NCBI RefSeq assembly: GCF_009914755.1
Contig: NC_060932.1
Length of the DNA: 64,000 nucleotides
Source: the human T2T-CHM13v2.0 reference genome, Homo sapiens
Direction: 5' to 3' (one strand)
This document shows positions 30,743 to 49,178 of the stretch, in pieces. The notes beneath the pieces were generated by a model, which did not search any database, had not been told where the DNA came from, and worked only from the letters and a program-made list of their open reading frames with translations. The stretch's first letter is position 1; every line of letters starts with the position of its first letter. The translations under genes were made by a program, and so were the position numbers.

Positions 30743-31899
30743 ATTCTGTTAAAAGAACAAAATAATTTTTTGTGTATAATACTTGAAATCTACCAATTAC
30801 AATGTGATATGTTGTTTATATCAAATGTCCTATACTCTCTCTTGATATGTTATATGCGGAAGGAGTCTGAGGAGAATAGAGACCTAATCCACTAAAATAA
30901 TAGCTGTCTCTCCCCATACCCAGAGTAGGACCTGATTTACAGAATAAATATTTGTTAAAAAAAAATTATTAAAAGGCCAGGACTCCAATTTCAGCTGTGT
31001 CAAAAAGTATCTACAAACAATGTAATACCCCCACCCCCACCCCTTTTTTAATCATAGCCTTTAAATTTGTTGGAAAATCTCATAGCAAAGCCAAATTTGT
31101 TAATTTGCTCCCTGCTTTTGAAAACTTTTACCTAAGAGAAAAGTTCTTTCTTCATATAATACAAATTCAATGAGTATTCATTATATATACTAGGCATTGG
31201 TGATTAAAAACACTATAATTAAAATAAGGTCCCTGGCTTAACCAATTCATTGTTAACAGGAGAATCAGACAGACAGCAACTGAAAACAAAACGAAAAAAG
31301 CATGCACAATTAAAATTTTTAAGTGCGATAAAGGACTTCTATTTGAGTTTGAAGAAATAGCCTGCACAAGCCTAAACACCCATCGAGAAACATGAAAATC
31401 CAGATTAAAAATCTTTTTAACTCAAACAATGTTTGAAGGGCTCAGAGACAAAGATATTCTGAGGCAACCAAGACAATGAGTGACACAGATGAAGACAGGA
31501 AATGATACTTAACAGCTGGCTGCTTTTTCCCACAGGGCATTTGCCAATTCTGAGCCCTTCAGAGCCTGAAGAGACAAGAAAAGGCTACGAATGGGAGAGA
31601 AACCAGCAGAGCTTTCGGCAGCAAGGGATCAAATCTTGGATTCTGGTGAGAAGGAAGGGTGGAGACTGTGTCAAACACTCTGCAGGTTGTCTCCTGAAGA
31701 CAGTTACGGAATCCTGAACCCAAGCTGAGAAGGAGCCTCTCAAAACAGTGAAAGGGTTTAGGAAACAGGAATAAGACTTCAGGAATAAACCAGAATAGTG
31801 TTAGGACATCCCCAGGCTTGCAGTGAGAACAGCTGGGTGCAGAAGCAAAGGGAGCTTTGTAAACCTGGAGTACAATTCCTGCTCAGATCCATCGTGGCA

Positions 31900-32510
<611 letters not shown>

Positions 32511-33021
32511 ACTCCCCACTATCTGTCCAGCAAAGAAAAGAGCCAACCCTCTGTTGGTATCAAACAAAGCATAAATAATACCTTTTTCATCCAAATCATT
32601 CTCCAATTAGTTAAAAAAAAAAATGGTATAACAGCACAGTAAAAGGAAAAAAATTATAAACCAAGTCAAAAGATGCCAAAAACACAAAAGAAAAACATAT
32701 GTACCATGTATCACAGTAAAAAGCTAATACCCTATATATATACAGAAATTCTTTTAAAATGAGGGGGGAAATGATAGAAAAGAATGCAAGAGACAATCCA
32801 GACAATTAATTAAAAAGATATACCAAGTGTAGGCAAGGATGTGAAGAAACTGAAACCTTCCTACATTGCTGGAAGAGTATAAAATGGTGCAACTACTATG
32901 AAAATAGTTTGGCAGTTCCTCAAAAGGTTAAACATGGAGTTACCACATGAACCAACCATTCCATTTCTAGGTAGACATATGCCCAAAAGAACTGAAAATG
33001 TATGTCCAAATAAAAACTCAT

Positions 33022-33300
33022 GGCTGGGCATAGTGGCTCATGCCTGTAATCCCAGCACTTTGGGAGACTGAGGCAGGAGGACTGCTTGAGGTCAGGAGTT
33101 CAAGACCAGCCTGGGCAACATGGCGAAACCCCATCTCTATAAAAATTAACTGGGCATGGTGGCATGTGCCTGTACTCCCAGCTACTTGGGAGGCCGAGGA
33201 TTGCTTGAGTCCAGGAGGTCGAGGCTGCAGTAGCTGTGATCATGCCATTGTACTCCAGCTTGGGCGACAGAAAGAGACCCTGACATAAAACAAAATGAAA
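33022..33300 (+). mobile_element. Alu (J-type) inside L1
   Basis: Dimeric Alu. Confidence 0.92.
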
Positions 33301-33996
33301 CACCCTCACATGTGAATGGTCACAGCAGCATTATCCACAATACCGAAAAGTGATAATAACCCAAATATCCACATCCATCAATGGATAAACAGATTAACAA
33401 AATGTGGTATGCCCAACAATGAAATATTGTTCAGCATAAAAAGAAACGAAGCACTGATACATGCCGCAACATGGAGGAACCTTGAGAACATTATACTACA
33501 AGGAAACCAGACGTGAAAGACCACAAATTGTGATTCCACTTATATGAAGGAATATGCAAATCTATACAGAAGAAAGTAGATTACTGGCTGCCAGTGGCTG
33601 GGGGTAGGGCAGAGTTGGGAAGGACTGCTAATAGATAAGGAGTTTCTTTTGGGGATGAGAGAAATGGTCTGAATTTAGATCATGGTGATGGTTGAATATA
33701 CTAAAAAACACTCAATTGCACACTTTGAAGTTGTTAAAATGGTGAATTTTATGTTATGGGAATTTTACCTCTGTGAAAATATAAATATATAAACAACTGT
33801 CAAATAATTTTTTTAAAAAGGTCATAGCAGTACCCTGTCTTTTGGTAAGGATGTGGGGAAACAGAACTCTCATACACTGCTGATGGGAATGTGAATTTTC
33901 TATAGTATGTATAAAGGGGAATTTGACAATAACAAAACTACATGTGTCTTCTGATCCAGCAATTCCACTTCTAGGAATTTATGCCAAAGATATACT

Positions 33997-34376
33997 GTTA
34001 CCAACTAAATGTCTGTGTGCTCCCAAAATTCATAAGTTGATACCATACTCCCCCCAATGTGATGCTATTACAAGGTAGGGTCTTTTGGAGGGAATCTGAA
34101 CTAGATAAGGTCATAATGGTGAGGCCCTCATGAATGGGATTAGTGCCCTTGTGAAAGTCCAAGAGCATGCTTCCTCTCTCTGCTCTCCAGAGATATGCCT
34201 GAGGATCTAAGTCCACAGTCTGAAAACTGGAAAAAAAGGGCCCTCACCAGAACTCCACCATGCTATCACTCTGATCTAGGACTTCCAGCCTCTAGACCAG
34301 TGAGAAATAAGTTTCTGTTGTTTATAAGCCACCCAGTTTATGTATTTTGTTACAATCGTCCCAAGTGAAGAGATAT
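33997..34376 (+). mobile_element. MLT1A-type MaLR solo LTR inside L1
   Basis: tgtt...cccaaaattcataagttga...ggacttccagcctctagaccagtgagaaataagtttctgttgtttataagccacccagt. Confidence 0.85.
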
Positions 34377-35221
34377 ACTTAACAACAACATGAAAATACA
34401 TATGCATAAGGTTATTCACTGCAGCCTTACAAAGTATTAGGAAACACCTAAATGCCCATTCATGGGAGACTAATAGAGTAAACTATGGTACATTCCTATA
34501 ATGGAGTACTATGAATCTGCTGGGGGAAAAACAAAAGGAAAGAAGAAGAGCCCTATAATTGACTAAGTATGAATTCCAGGATTTATTAAGTTAAAAACCC
34601 AAAGTGCAAATCACGGCCACAGTATACCTTTTGAATAAAAGGGGGAAAATAGGAAAATATAAATGTATCTGCTCATATGTGCAAAATAACCCCACAAAGT
34701 AGAAATGGGAGTCCATTGAGACTGGTTACACATGGGAGAGGTGTGACCAAGATGGAAAGTACAGGAATGGAGGATGTGGTGTGGGGTGGCACTTCTGAGT
34801 ATACATGAATACACCCTTATAACTTTTGGTACGCTATAGAAGATCTGAAGAGCACGATTAACAAATCTGATCTAATTGACATAGAAACTGACACTATACC
34901 TAATAGGATAATACATAATCTTTGCAAGCACACAAGAAATATTTTCTGAAGTTGCCCATACACTGAGTGAAAGAGAAAGATTCAATAAATATCAAGGGAC
35001 TAAAATTATTCAGAGTATATTCTGTGTCTAGCATTAGGCTAGACAACAATTACAAAATAACTAGAAAATGTTCCATTGTCAGGAAATTAAGCAATGTATT
35101 TCAACTAACCCTTTAAGTCAAAAAGAAACTCAAAGTATTTTGAATTAAATGGTACAGTGAAAAGAAATATCAAAACTGTGAATGTAGACAGAGCTATACT
35201 TAGAGTAAAATCTATACATTT

Positions 35222-35516
35222 GGCAGGGCACAGTGAATCACGCCTGTAATCCCAGCACTTTTGGAGGCTGAGATGGGAGGACAGCTTGAGGCCAGGAGTT
35301 CAAGACCTGCCTGGGCTTGTGAGACCCCTACAAAATAATTTAAAAAAATCAGCTGGGCATGGTGGTGTGTGCCTGTAGTCCCAGCTCCTTGGGAGGCTGA
35401 GGCAGGAGGACTGCTTAAGCCCCAGAGCTCAAGGCTGCAGCAAGTTATGACTGCACCACTGCACTCCAGCCTGAGCAACAGAGCACAACCCTGTCTCCTT
35501 TAAAAAAAAAAAAAAA
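35222..35516 (+). mobile_element. Alu (J-type)
   Basis: Dimer with poly-A. Confidence 0.92.
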
Positions 35517-36741
35517 TTACGTATTTAAATTCATGTATTAGAAGCGAAGGTTGAGTATCTCTAAGAATACACATCTGTGAAGGGGGGATGGTTAATGCAC
35601 AGAAAAATAGAATGCGTAAGAGCTAGTATTTGGTAGCACAACTAGGCATTATGGTCAATAAAAATGTACATTTAAAAAGAACTAAGAGTATAATTAGAAT
35701 GTTTGTAACACCAAAAAAAGATAAATGTTTGAGGTGATGGATACCCCATTTAGCCTGATGTGATTATTATGCACTGTATGCCTATATCAAAACGTCTCAT
35801 GTACCCCATAAATATATATATACCTACTATGTACCAATAAAAATTTAATTAAAAAAGAATGCATATTTAAAAGGACAACTTAAAAGCAGAACAAAATTAA
35901 AAGTTACTCTTTTAAAAAACAAAATTGATACACCTCTCTAAGACTAATCAAAGATAAAATGAGTCAAGAAAAACTAGCAACATCAAAAATGAAGAAGAGA
36001 ATATAATAAGAGGTAAGAGATAATGAGTAATACAATAAGGGATTATTAATAACTATGCCAATGAATTTGAAAATTTAGATAAGCACAATTCCTTGCAAAA
36101 CACAACACAGCAAAATGAAACAATGTAAAATGAAACTAGACTGTTCTATTTAAAATAGTCCATCTAAAATTCTCCCCACAAAGGAACATTTTATTTCTTT
36201 CAACAAATTAAGAAATATTAATCTTACACAAATTCTTCCAGAAAACAGATACAGATCATTTCCCAACTTGTTTTATGACACCTGCAGAACAGTGATATCA
36301 AAACCTGACAGAACAGGATGAGAAACGATAAAAGTCTACCTTTCTTATAAACACAGATGCAAAAATCTTAACAAGTATAATCCAGCAATATTTTAAAGGA
36401 ATAATGTATCATGACCAAAAGTTTATTCTAGGAATAGAAGAAAGGTATTCATTCAAAAAGCAATCAGTGTAATTCACCACATTTTCAGAAAGAAGAGCCA
36501 GCTACCTCGATACATGCAGAAAACACATATGATAAAATTTACCAACCATTCATGATAAAAACTCGCAGCAAACTAGAAATAGGATGAGATTTCATATATC
36601 TGACAAAGAGTATCTACATGAAATGTAAATACTAGTGGGAAAAAAACTTCCCCTCCCCAAACTGGAAATAAGACATGGATGCCCACCATTACCACTTGCG
36701 TACAGCATTGTTCTGGAAGTCACTGCCAAGTACCATAGACG

Positions 36742-36784
36742 CCCCCCCTTCCCCCCAAAAAAACGGGGGGGGGGGGGGGGTGGG
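36742..36784. repeat. C7-TT-C6-A7-C-G16-TGGG homopolymer cluster
   Basis: Directly visible. Confidence 0.9.
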
Positions 36785-38026
36785 TAAAACATAAACATTG
36801 GGAAAGAACAAACAAAACTATCATTATTCATAAACTATGTAAGTAAAACTATAATTATGCATAGATTATGAAGAAAATCTAAAAGAATCTACAAATAAAC
36901 TGCTGGAATAAATAAATAAATGTAACAAGACTGCTGGATAGTAAAACAACAACTATACTTCTGATCATTTTAGCTAACTCTTTTGAAGCCCAAATTAGAA
37001 GATAAAGACAACTAAATTCATAGTATCAACTGCTTCCTGGAAGAAAAGATTACACCTCACAAGTCATCAGAAGAAAAGATATGCTAGCAATGAAAAAACA
37101 CTACTTGGAATAAATACGGAGTATGTCGGGGGAGAAGCTAAACCAAAAATACCACACAATCCAAATATACCTATGTGGCCCAAAAATCAATGGTGAGATT
37201 CTCCATAAACAGGCCTTCATAAATAGGTCTTCAAAAAATAGGCCAAAACATTTTTTAAAAGATAAACTTTTGTTACAATGTTACCAGAATGAAGCAGTTT
37301 TCCATTATAGAATGTGATTTTGCTCCTATCCTTTCAGAACTTACCAAAAGAAAAAAAAAAGGAATGTTATTTTGTTTTACACTTTAATGTTTTATCTGCT
37401 TGTCAAAATCTGATCTGTGCTATAAATTCTCAAATATGCAATATATTTGCCATCAGGCCTTCTTCAGCTCTCTCCGGGAAGGTCTGTGTCTGATGCTGTT
37501 AACCTCCCAAGTACCCTGTTGGTGGCATTCACGTGTCTTCATGTTTTTGTTGGTCTTGAGGGTTCTGAGATCCTGGCATCTGGGTCACCTCTTTGGGCAC
37601 TCATCACGGTTTGGTCAGTTCAAAGAATGGCCTCAACTATAGAATGACAAGTCCCAAGAGTTGCTTTCTGCTACAATGACTATTCTGTTTCTACCAATTA
37701 ACAGACTTCCCTGTGTTGTTTGTGTGGTTCTGTATTTGTTTCTGATCCATGGCTAAAGTTGAACAGCTGGGGCTGCCAATTCTTTGTGTGTCTCTAAATG
37801 AAAAAAGTCTTTTACCCCCTCACCATGGAAAGGTAATCTTTTAACAGGGCTTTGTTATTGTAGCCCTTCTGTTTCTGCGGCCAATTACATTTTTAAAAAC
37901 TTTTCAAGATTAATTATTCACAGAGATCTGCCACTTTTGCGCACTACATAATATCTTTTTCAATAAATTATCAAGGCAGAAATGAAAAGATTTTAAAACC
38001 AAAAACTGTTTTTACGTGGCTTAGGC

Positions 38027-38338
38027 CAGTACTTTTCAAATCATCTGTGATGAAGAACCAGTTTAAATTTCCAACCTATCACAGACCAATACTTTTGTAA
38101 AATACAATGAAAAGGAATTTCTAGAAAAAAGAAGTTTTTTTAAAAAAAGACATACCTAAGCCAAGCACAAAATTTCCATCATTAGAATCAATCGACATAA
38201 AATTACTATCAAATTGCTGTAAGGTGTCTAGATGCTTACACCAAATTTCCTTATCTTGTCCTAGGCTGTTAAACAGTTCCAGCACCAACATTCATCTGCA
38301 CCAACATTAGTCTGCTGACTACACTTTACTGAGTCCTG
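38027..38338 (+). mobile_element. Charlie18a-like hAT non-autonomous element
   Basis: cagtacttttcaaatcatctgtgatgaagaaccag...gaccaatacttttgtaaaatacaat...gacataaaattactatcaaattgct; subfamily name from memory. Confidence 0.6.
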
Positions 38339-40419
38339 GCTCAGCCAGGCTGCCCAGTTTAAATCACTGTAGGCAAGAGAGCAAATGTGGACTGGAATGG
38401 GAGAGAAGATGGAATGTCAATAATTGCTGCTCAGCTGTCTACAACTTTAGGTCTCCCTTTAATTAACATAGGAAACATATCAAGGGTTCTCAGTGCCTAA
38501 CTGTTTCTTCTCCTCTTGAAGAAATAGGGCAGTTCCAAGTCCAGATGTGAAGAAAAAAGTGTTACTAACCTCTGGAGTTAAGCTCCAAGGTTCAACCCAC
38601 AACCTGATGTAAATGCTACATAATGCAGCACATACAAAAAAGGGAAAAAAATGCAACGAACATAATAAACACCCTACTCTTTACTCCAGAATTCCCTCAT
38701 TTATAATTACTGTACATGTTAAGATCCCACCAAGATAACTACCTCATTATGCTTAAAGTACACTGACCCTTTAATAAAACTTGAGACATTTGCTGAAGCT
38801 GTAAAGGGGAGGGAGAGTGGTGAGGGAGGGTGTTGAAAGAAGAGTAGCTCACTGTTAGAACATGAGAGAATAAGCAAAGGAATGCAAATTGAGACAGCTA
38901 AATCAAAAGAAATTATGACCTAACTTGAAGAGCTTTAAGAATCTGGGTAATATTTCTAGTTAAAGTGACTCCTTAAACTAAACTGGTATAAAAGTTATCT
39001 TCTCCATCATTTTGGTATTTTCTATAACGCTTGAGTTTATTTTCCCATAAAAAGTCTAACCTAAATTTCCTGATTTTACTAGACAAAGCAGCTAACATGA
39101 AATTACTTAATGTTTAATATGCCCTTTTTCCAATGTAACTTTGATACACTTTCTGTTAATAAGTGGAATCTGTATTCCCTCTCCTTGAATCTGGGTGGGC
39201 TTCTGACTCTGGCTAAGGGACTTTCTAGGCTAGGAAATAAAAGGCAATTACCAAAAGAAAAATAAACCAAAAAGAGTTGACCAAGATTCCCTCGGTTTTC
39301 TTGGAACTCAGCCACTATACTGATTACTACAGAAATACAAAGACTCTTACAGAGACTATTGTGAACAACATTTGCTAACAAATTTGAAAAGCTGGAATAA
39401 ATTGATAAATTCTTGGACACATACAACCTATCAAGATTGAATCATGAAGAAACAAGAAAACCTCAATAAGCCAATTGATGAATTTTACAAAAAACATTTT
39501 AAGAAGTAATACCAATTCTACTGCAAACTCTTCTACTCAAAAATATTGAAGAGGGGAGAATATTTCCAAAATCATTTTACAAGGGCAGTATTACCTTTAC
39601 AACAAAACCAGACAACAATGCAACAAAAAAAGAAAACTACAGGCCAATATCACTGAGGAACGTAAACACAAATATCCTCAACAAAATACTAGCAAACTGA
39701 ATTAAACAACACATTCAAAAGATCAATTACCATGATTAAGTAGGATTCATCCCAGAGATGCAAGGAGAGTTCAACATATGCAAATCAATAAATGTGATAT
39801 ATCACATTAACAGAACAAAGAAGAAAAAACCATATGGTCTCATCTCAATAGATGAAGAAAAAGCATTTGATAAAATTCAACATCTCTTCATGATAAAAAT
39901 TCCCAAAAAATAGGGTACAGAAGGAATATATCTCAAAATAATAAAAGGCCATATATGACAAATCCACAAACTAACATCGAGCTGAGGGAAAATGTGAAGG
40001 CCTTTCCTCTGCGATCTGAAACAATACAAGGATGCCCACTCTCACCACTTTTATTCAACATAGTACTGAAAGTCCTGGCCAGAGCAATTAGACAAGAGAA
40101 ATAAAAGGCACCCGAATCGACAAGGAAGATGTCAAATTAGTTTCGTTGACAGATGACATGATCTTATAACCCAAAGACTTCACCAAAAAGCTTTAAGAAC
40201 TGATAAATTCAGTAAAGTAGCAGGATGCAAAAACCAACATATGAAAAGAAGTAGCATTTATATACACCAACAACGAACAATGTATAAAATAAATCAAGAA
40301 AGCAATCACATTTACAACAGCTACAAAAAATATCAAATACCTAGGAGTCAATTTAACCAAAGAAGTAAATGATCAACATAAGGAAAACTATAAAACATTG
40401 GTGAAAGAAATTGAAGAGG

Positions 40420-40719
<300 letters not shown>

Positions 40720-41557
40720 AAGAAATTGAAGAGGACACACATACACAGGTTGAAAAATATTTCATGTTAAAGGATTGGAAAAATTAATATTGTTAAAATG
40801 ACAACAATACCCAAAGCAATTTACAGATTCAATGGAATCCCTATCAAAATACCAATGACATTCTTCGCAGAAATAGGAAAAAAAAAAATCCTAAAATTTA
40901 TATGGAACCACAAAAGACCCTGAATAGCCAAAGCAATCCTGAGCAAAAAGAACAAAGCTGGAGACATTACACTACCTGACTTCAAAAATTACAATAAGCT
41001 ATAGTAACCAAATCAGCATGGTACAGGCATAAAAACACACAGGGCAATGAAACAGAATGGAGATCTCAAATATAAATCCATACATTTACAACCAATTCAT
41101 TTTTGACAAAGCCTCCAACCTCCAAGATCATGCAGTGGGGAAATGATAGTTCCTTTAATACCTGGTGCCGAGAAAACTGGATAACTGTATGCAGGAGAAT
41201 GAAATTACATCTCTCTCTCTCTCTCTCTCACCATACACAAAATAGCAAATCCACATGGAATTAAAGACTCAACTCTAAGACCTGAAACTATGGAATTACT
41301 GTAAGAAAATACTGGGGAAACACTTCTGGACACTGATCTCGACAAGGATTTTTCAACTTAAGACCTCAAAAATACAGGCAACTAAAGCAAAAATAAGACA
41401 AATGGGATTACATCAAGATAAAAAGCCTCTGCAGAGCAAAAGACACAATTAACAAAGTAAAAAGACAACACAAAGAATGGGAGAAAGTATTTGCACCTAC
41501 CCGTCTGACAACGGATTAATAACCAGAATCTATAAAGAGCTTAGAAAACTCAATAGA

Positions 41558-41631
41558 AGGAGTTGGAGGTACAATGAGCTAAAATCATGCTCAATGAACT
41601 CCAGCTTGGGCAAGAAAGCAAGATCCTGTCT
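41558..41631 (+). mobile_element. Alu right-arm (FRAM/AluJ) fragment; its tail is displaced to 45974-45986 by the L1PA insertion
   Basis: aggagttggaggtacaatgagct...actccagcttgggcaagaaagcaagatcctgtct, continuing as ctaaaaaaaaaaa after the L1. Confidence 0.75.
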
Positions 41632-45962
<4,331 letters not shown>

Positions 45963-47217
45963 AGATCCTGTCTCTAAAAAAAAAAACCTCAAAAGGATAA
46001 ATAATCCTGTTTTAAAAATGGGCACAAGATCTGAAAGACATTTCTCAATAGAAGACATACAAAAGGCCAATAGGTATATGGAAAAAATGCTCAACACTAC
46101 TATCATCAGGAAAATACAAATTAAAACCACAATGAGATACCATCTCACCTCAGTTGTAATACCTATTATAAAAAAGACAAAAAATAACAAGTGCTGGCAA
46201 GGATGCAGAGAAAGAGGAATGCTTCCACACTCTGTTGGTAGGAATGTAAAGTAGTATAGCCATTATAAAAAAACAAAAATAGAATATATGATCCAGCAAT
46301 CCCAATACTGAATACATATTCAAAAGAAAGGAAATCAGTATATTGAAGTGATATCTGCATCCCCATTCTTATTACAGCCCTATTCACAACAGCCAAGATA
46401 TGGAATCCACATGGACAATGTGGTATATATACACAATGGAATATTATTCAGCAACAGAAGAATGAAATCTTGTCAGCTGCAGCAACATGAATGGAACCAG
46501 AGGTCATTACCTTAAGTGAAATAAGCCAGGCACAGAAAGACAAATATGGCATGTTCTCATTCACAGTTAGGAGCTAAAAAAAGTGAATCCCATGGAAGTA
46601 TAGAGTAGAGTGGTGGTTACCAGAGGCTGGGAAGGGAAAGGGTACAGGGCATAAATAGAAGTAGGTTAAGGGGTACAAAAATATAGTTAGAAGGAATAAG
46701 TTCTAGTATTTGATAGTACAGCAAGAAAATCACAGTTAATAATTTATTGCATATTTTAAAATGAGAATTGTAATGTTCCCAACACAAAGGAAAGAAAAGT
46801 GTTGGAGATGATATCCTAATTACCCTGATTTGATCATCACATATTGTATACAGGTATCACGTATACCTCAAAAATAAGTACAATATTTACATACCAATAA
46901 CAAGTAAATCAATGAAATGAGTTACCTGACACAATGTCTTAAGAAACTCACAGTTATTAAGATTGAAGCCTATACTAAGAATACCAGTGAAGACACAACA
47001 AGCAGATCTCACTGTTTCCACTATTTTCAGTACTGTGAAGACAGATGCTCAATCTGATTTACCAAATGAAGAGGACGCAATCGGATATTCCAACTGGTCC
47101 TAGCGAAAAAATTTATATTAGACATTCCAACACATGCTTGCTTTATCTTGTGCTGGTTCAACCTACTAAACTGTTGAATAACCACTCTAGTCCTTTCTGC
47201 CTTCTTCTCTACTATGA

Positions 47218-47450
47218 GTGAGTATCCCTAACCTAAATGTTTAGGACCAGAAGAGTTTCAGATTTCATACTTTTTCAGATTTTGGAATATTTGCATTATA
47301 CTCACTGGTTGAACATCCCAAATAAGAAAATACAACATCTGCAATGCTCCAACAAGTTTCCGTTGAACATCATATCGGCGCTCAAAAAAGCTGAGTATTT
47401 GGGAGCATATCGAATTTCAGATTTTCAGATCAGGGATACTCAACTTGTAC
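47218..47450. mobile_element. Tigger4/Zombi (MER46)-type element
   Basis: Terminal inverted repeats tgagtatccct ... agggatactca. Confidence 0.8.
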
Positions 47451-47512
47451 CTTCTTCCCTAGCCCTGTATAATTTGCCTTCCCCAGCAATCATAGAAATT
47501 GATAATTCATCC

Positions 47513-48637
47513 AACTGCCTTTTTTTTAAAACAAAAACAACAACAACAAAAAACAAAGGGTTTGTGGCAACCCTGCATCGAGCGAGTCTATGGGCATCAT
47601 TTTCCCAACAGCATATGCCCACTTTACCAAATGTGCTACATTTTGGTAATGCTCACAATTATTTCCAACTTTTTCATTATTATTATTTCTGTGATGCTGA
47701 TTCATGATATTTGATATTTCTATTGTAACTGTCTTGGGGTGCCACAAATGGCACCCACGTTAAGAGAGCGAGCTTAGTTGATACGTGTGTGTCCTAACTG
47801 CTCCACCAACCCGCTGCTGCCTCATCTCTCCCACCTCTCCTAAGGCCTCCCTATTCAGAGACACAATAATACTGAAATTAGGCCAATTAATAACCCTACA
47901 ATGGCCTCTAAGCGTTCAAGTGAAACGAACAGTCCCATTCCTCTCACTTTAAATCAAACGCTAGAAATGATTAAGCCTAGTGAAGAAAGCATGTCAAAAG
48001 CTGAAACAAGCCAAAAGCTAGGCTTCTTGTGCCAAAAAGCCAAGTTGTGAATGCAAAGGAAAAGTCACTGAAGGAAATACAAATGCTACTCCACTGAACA
48101 CACAAATGATAAGAAAGCAGAACAGCCTTATTGCTGAAACTGAGAAGGTTTTGGTGGTCTGGATAGATCAAACCAGTCACAACATTCCCTTAAGCCAAAG
48201 ACTAATCCAGAGCAAGCTCATCTTCAGTTCTATAAATTGAGGTAAGGTAGCTACAGAAGGAAAGCCTGAAGCTAGCAGAGGTTGGTTCATAAGGTTGAAG
48301 GAAAAAAGCCATCTCCACAGCATAAAAGTACAAGATGAAGCAGCAAGTGCTGGTGGAGAAGCTGCACCAAGTTGTCCAAAAGATCTAGCTAACATCACTG
48401 ATTAATGTGGCTACACTAAATGACACAATGAAGAAGAAAGAGTCTTTTATTAGAAGATGCCATCTAGGACTTTGACAGCTAGAGGTGAAGTCAATGCTTA
48501 GCTTCAAAGCTTCAGAGGACAGGCTGTCTCTCATTAGGGGCTAATGCAGCTGGTGATTTTAAGTTGAAGCCAACACTCATTTCCCATTCTGCAAATCCTA
48601 AGGCCCTTAAGAATGATGCTAAATCCACTGTGCCTGT
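47513..48637 (+). mobile_element. Tigger1 5' portion with decayed transposase N-terminus
   Basis: From 47901 reads [41 protein letters not shown] (Tigger1/TIGD1-like HTH), then stops and frameshifts. Confidence 0.9.
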
Positions 48638-48684
48638 GGGAATTCAAGATAAGATTTGGGGGGGGACACAGCCAAACCATATGA
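48636..48684 (-). mobile_element. THE1/MST MaLR LTR terminal fragment (~50 bp)
   Basis: gtgggaattcaagataagatttgggggggggacacagccaaaccatat. Confidence 0.8.
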
Positions 48685-48904
48685 CAGCCCCTCAGAAGGG
48701 GCCAATTCTCCTGATGTCCAAATCGAGCCCTTTGCTAAGACCAGTTTCCACGGAAAAGAACACTTCAGTCTCTTGCCAGGATTCCAGAAGCCAAGGAGAG
48801 AGAAAACATGCCAAATTTCACTTAATTCTCAATTTTGAGTATAAGAATGCATTCAATATACCATGTTTTACCAGAATTTTTCCATAATAAAATACATGAA
48901 ACTG

Positions 48905-49178
48905 GGCCGGGCACAGTGGCTCACGCCTGTAATCCCAGCACTCTGGGATGTCAGGAGTTTGAGACCAGCCTGGCCAACATGGTGAAACCCTGTCTCTACT
49001 AAAAATACAAAAATTATCTGGGTTTGGTGGCATGTGCCTGTAATCCCAGCTACTTGGGAGGCTGAGGCAGGAGGCAGAGGTTGCAGTGAGTCGAGATTGG
49101 GCCACTGCACTCCAGCCTGGGCAACACAGCGAGACTCTGTTGGAAGGGAAGGGGAAGGGGAAGGGAAGGGGAGGGGTG
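48905..49178 (+). mobile_element. Internally deleted AluS with a (GGGAA/GGGGAA)n tail
   Basis: Both arms shortened; tail 49142-49178 is purine/G-rich. Confidence 0.9.

Larger units (their letters stand above)
32560..36960 (+). mobile_element. Cluster of old L1M fragments (ORF2 and 3' UTR pieces), including an L1MA 3' end at ~35580-35855
   Basis: aaaatggtgcaactact, gatccagcaattccacttctagg, ggatgcccaccattaccact, gaggtgatggataccccattt. Confidence 0.75.

Noticed and set aside
31605-31660. Resemblance to the 5' end of U6 snRNA (ttcggcagca...ttgga...gagaag)
   Set aside because: Only about 10 nt match exactly and the rest diverges; not supportable as a U6 pseudogene.
47901-48640. Possible domesticated Tigger transposase gene (TIGD1-like)
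   Set aside because: Stop after about 49 codons, further frameshifts, and the catalytic region is missing.
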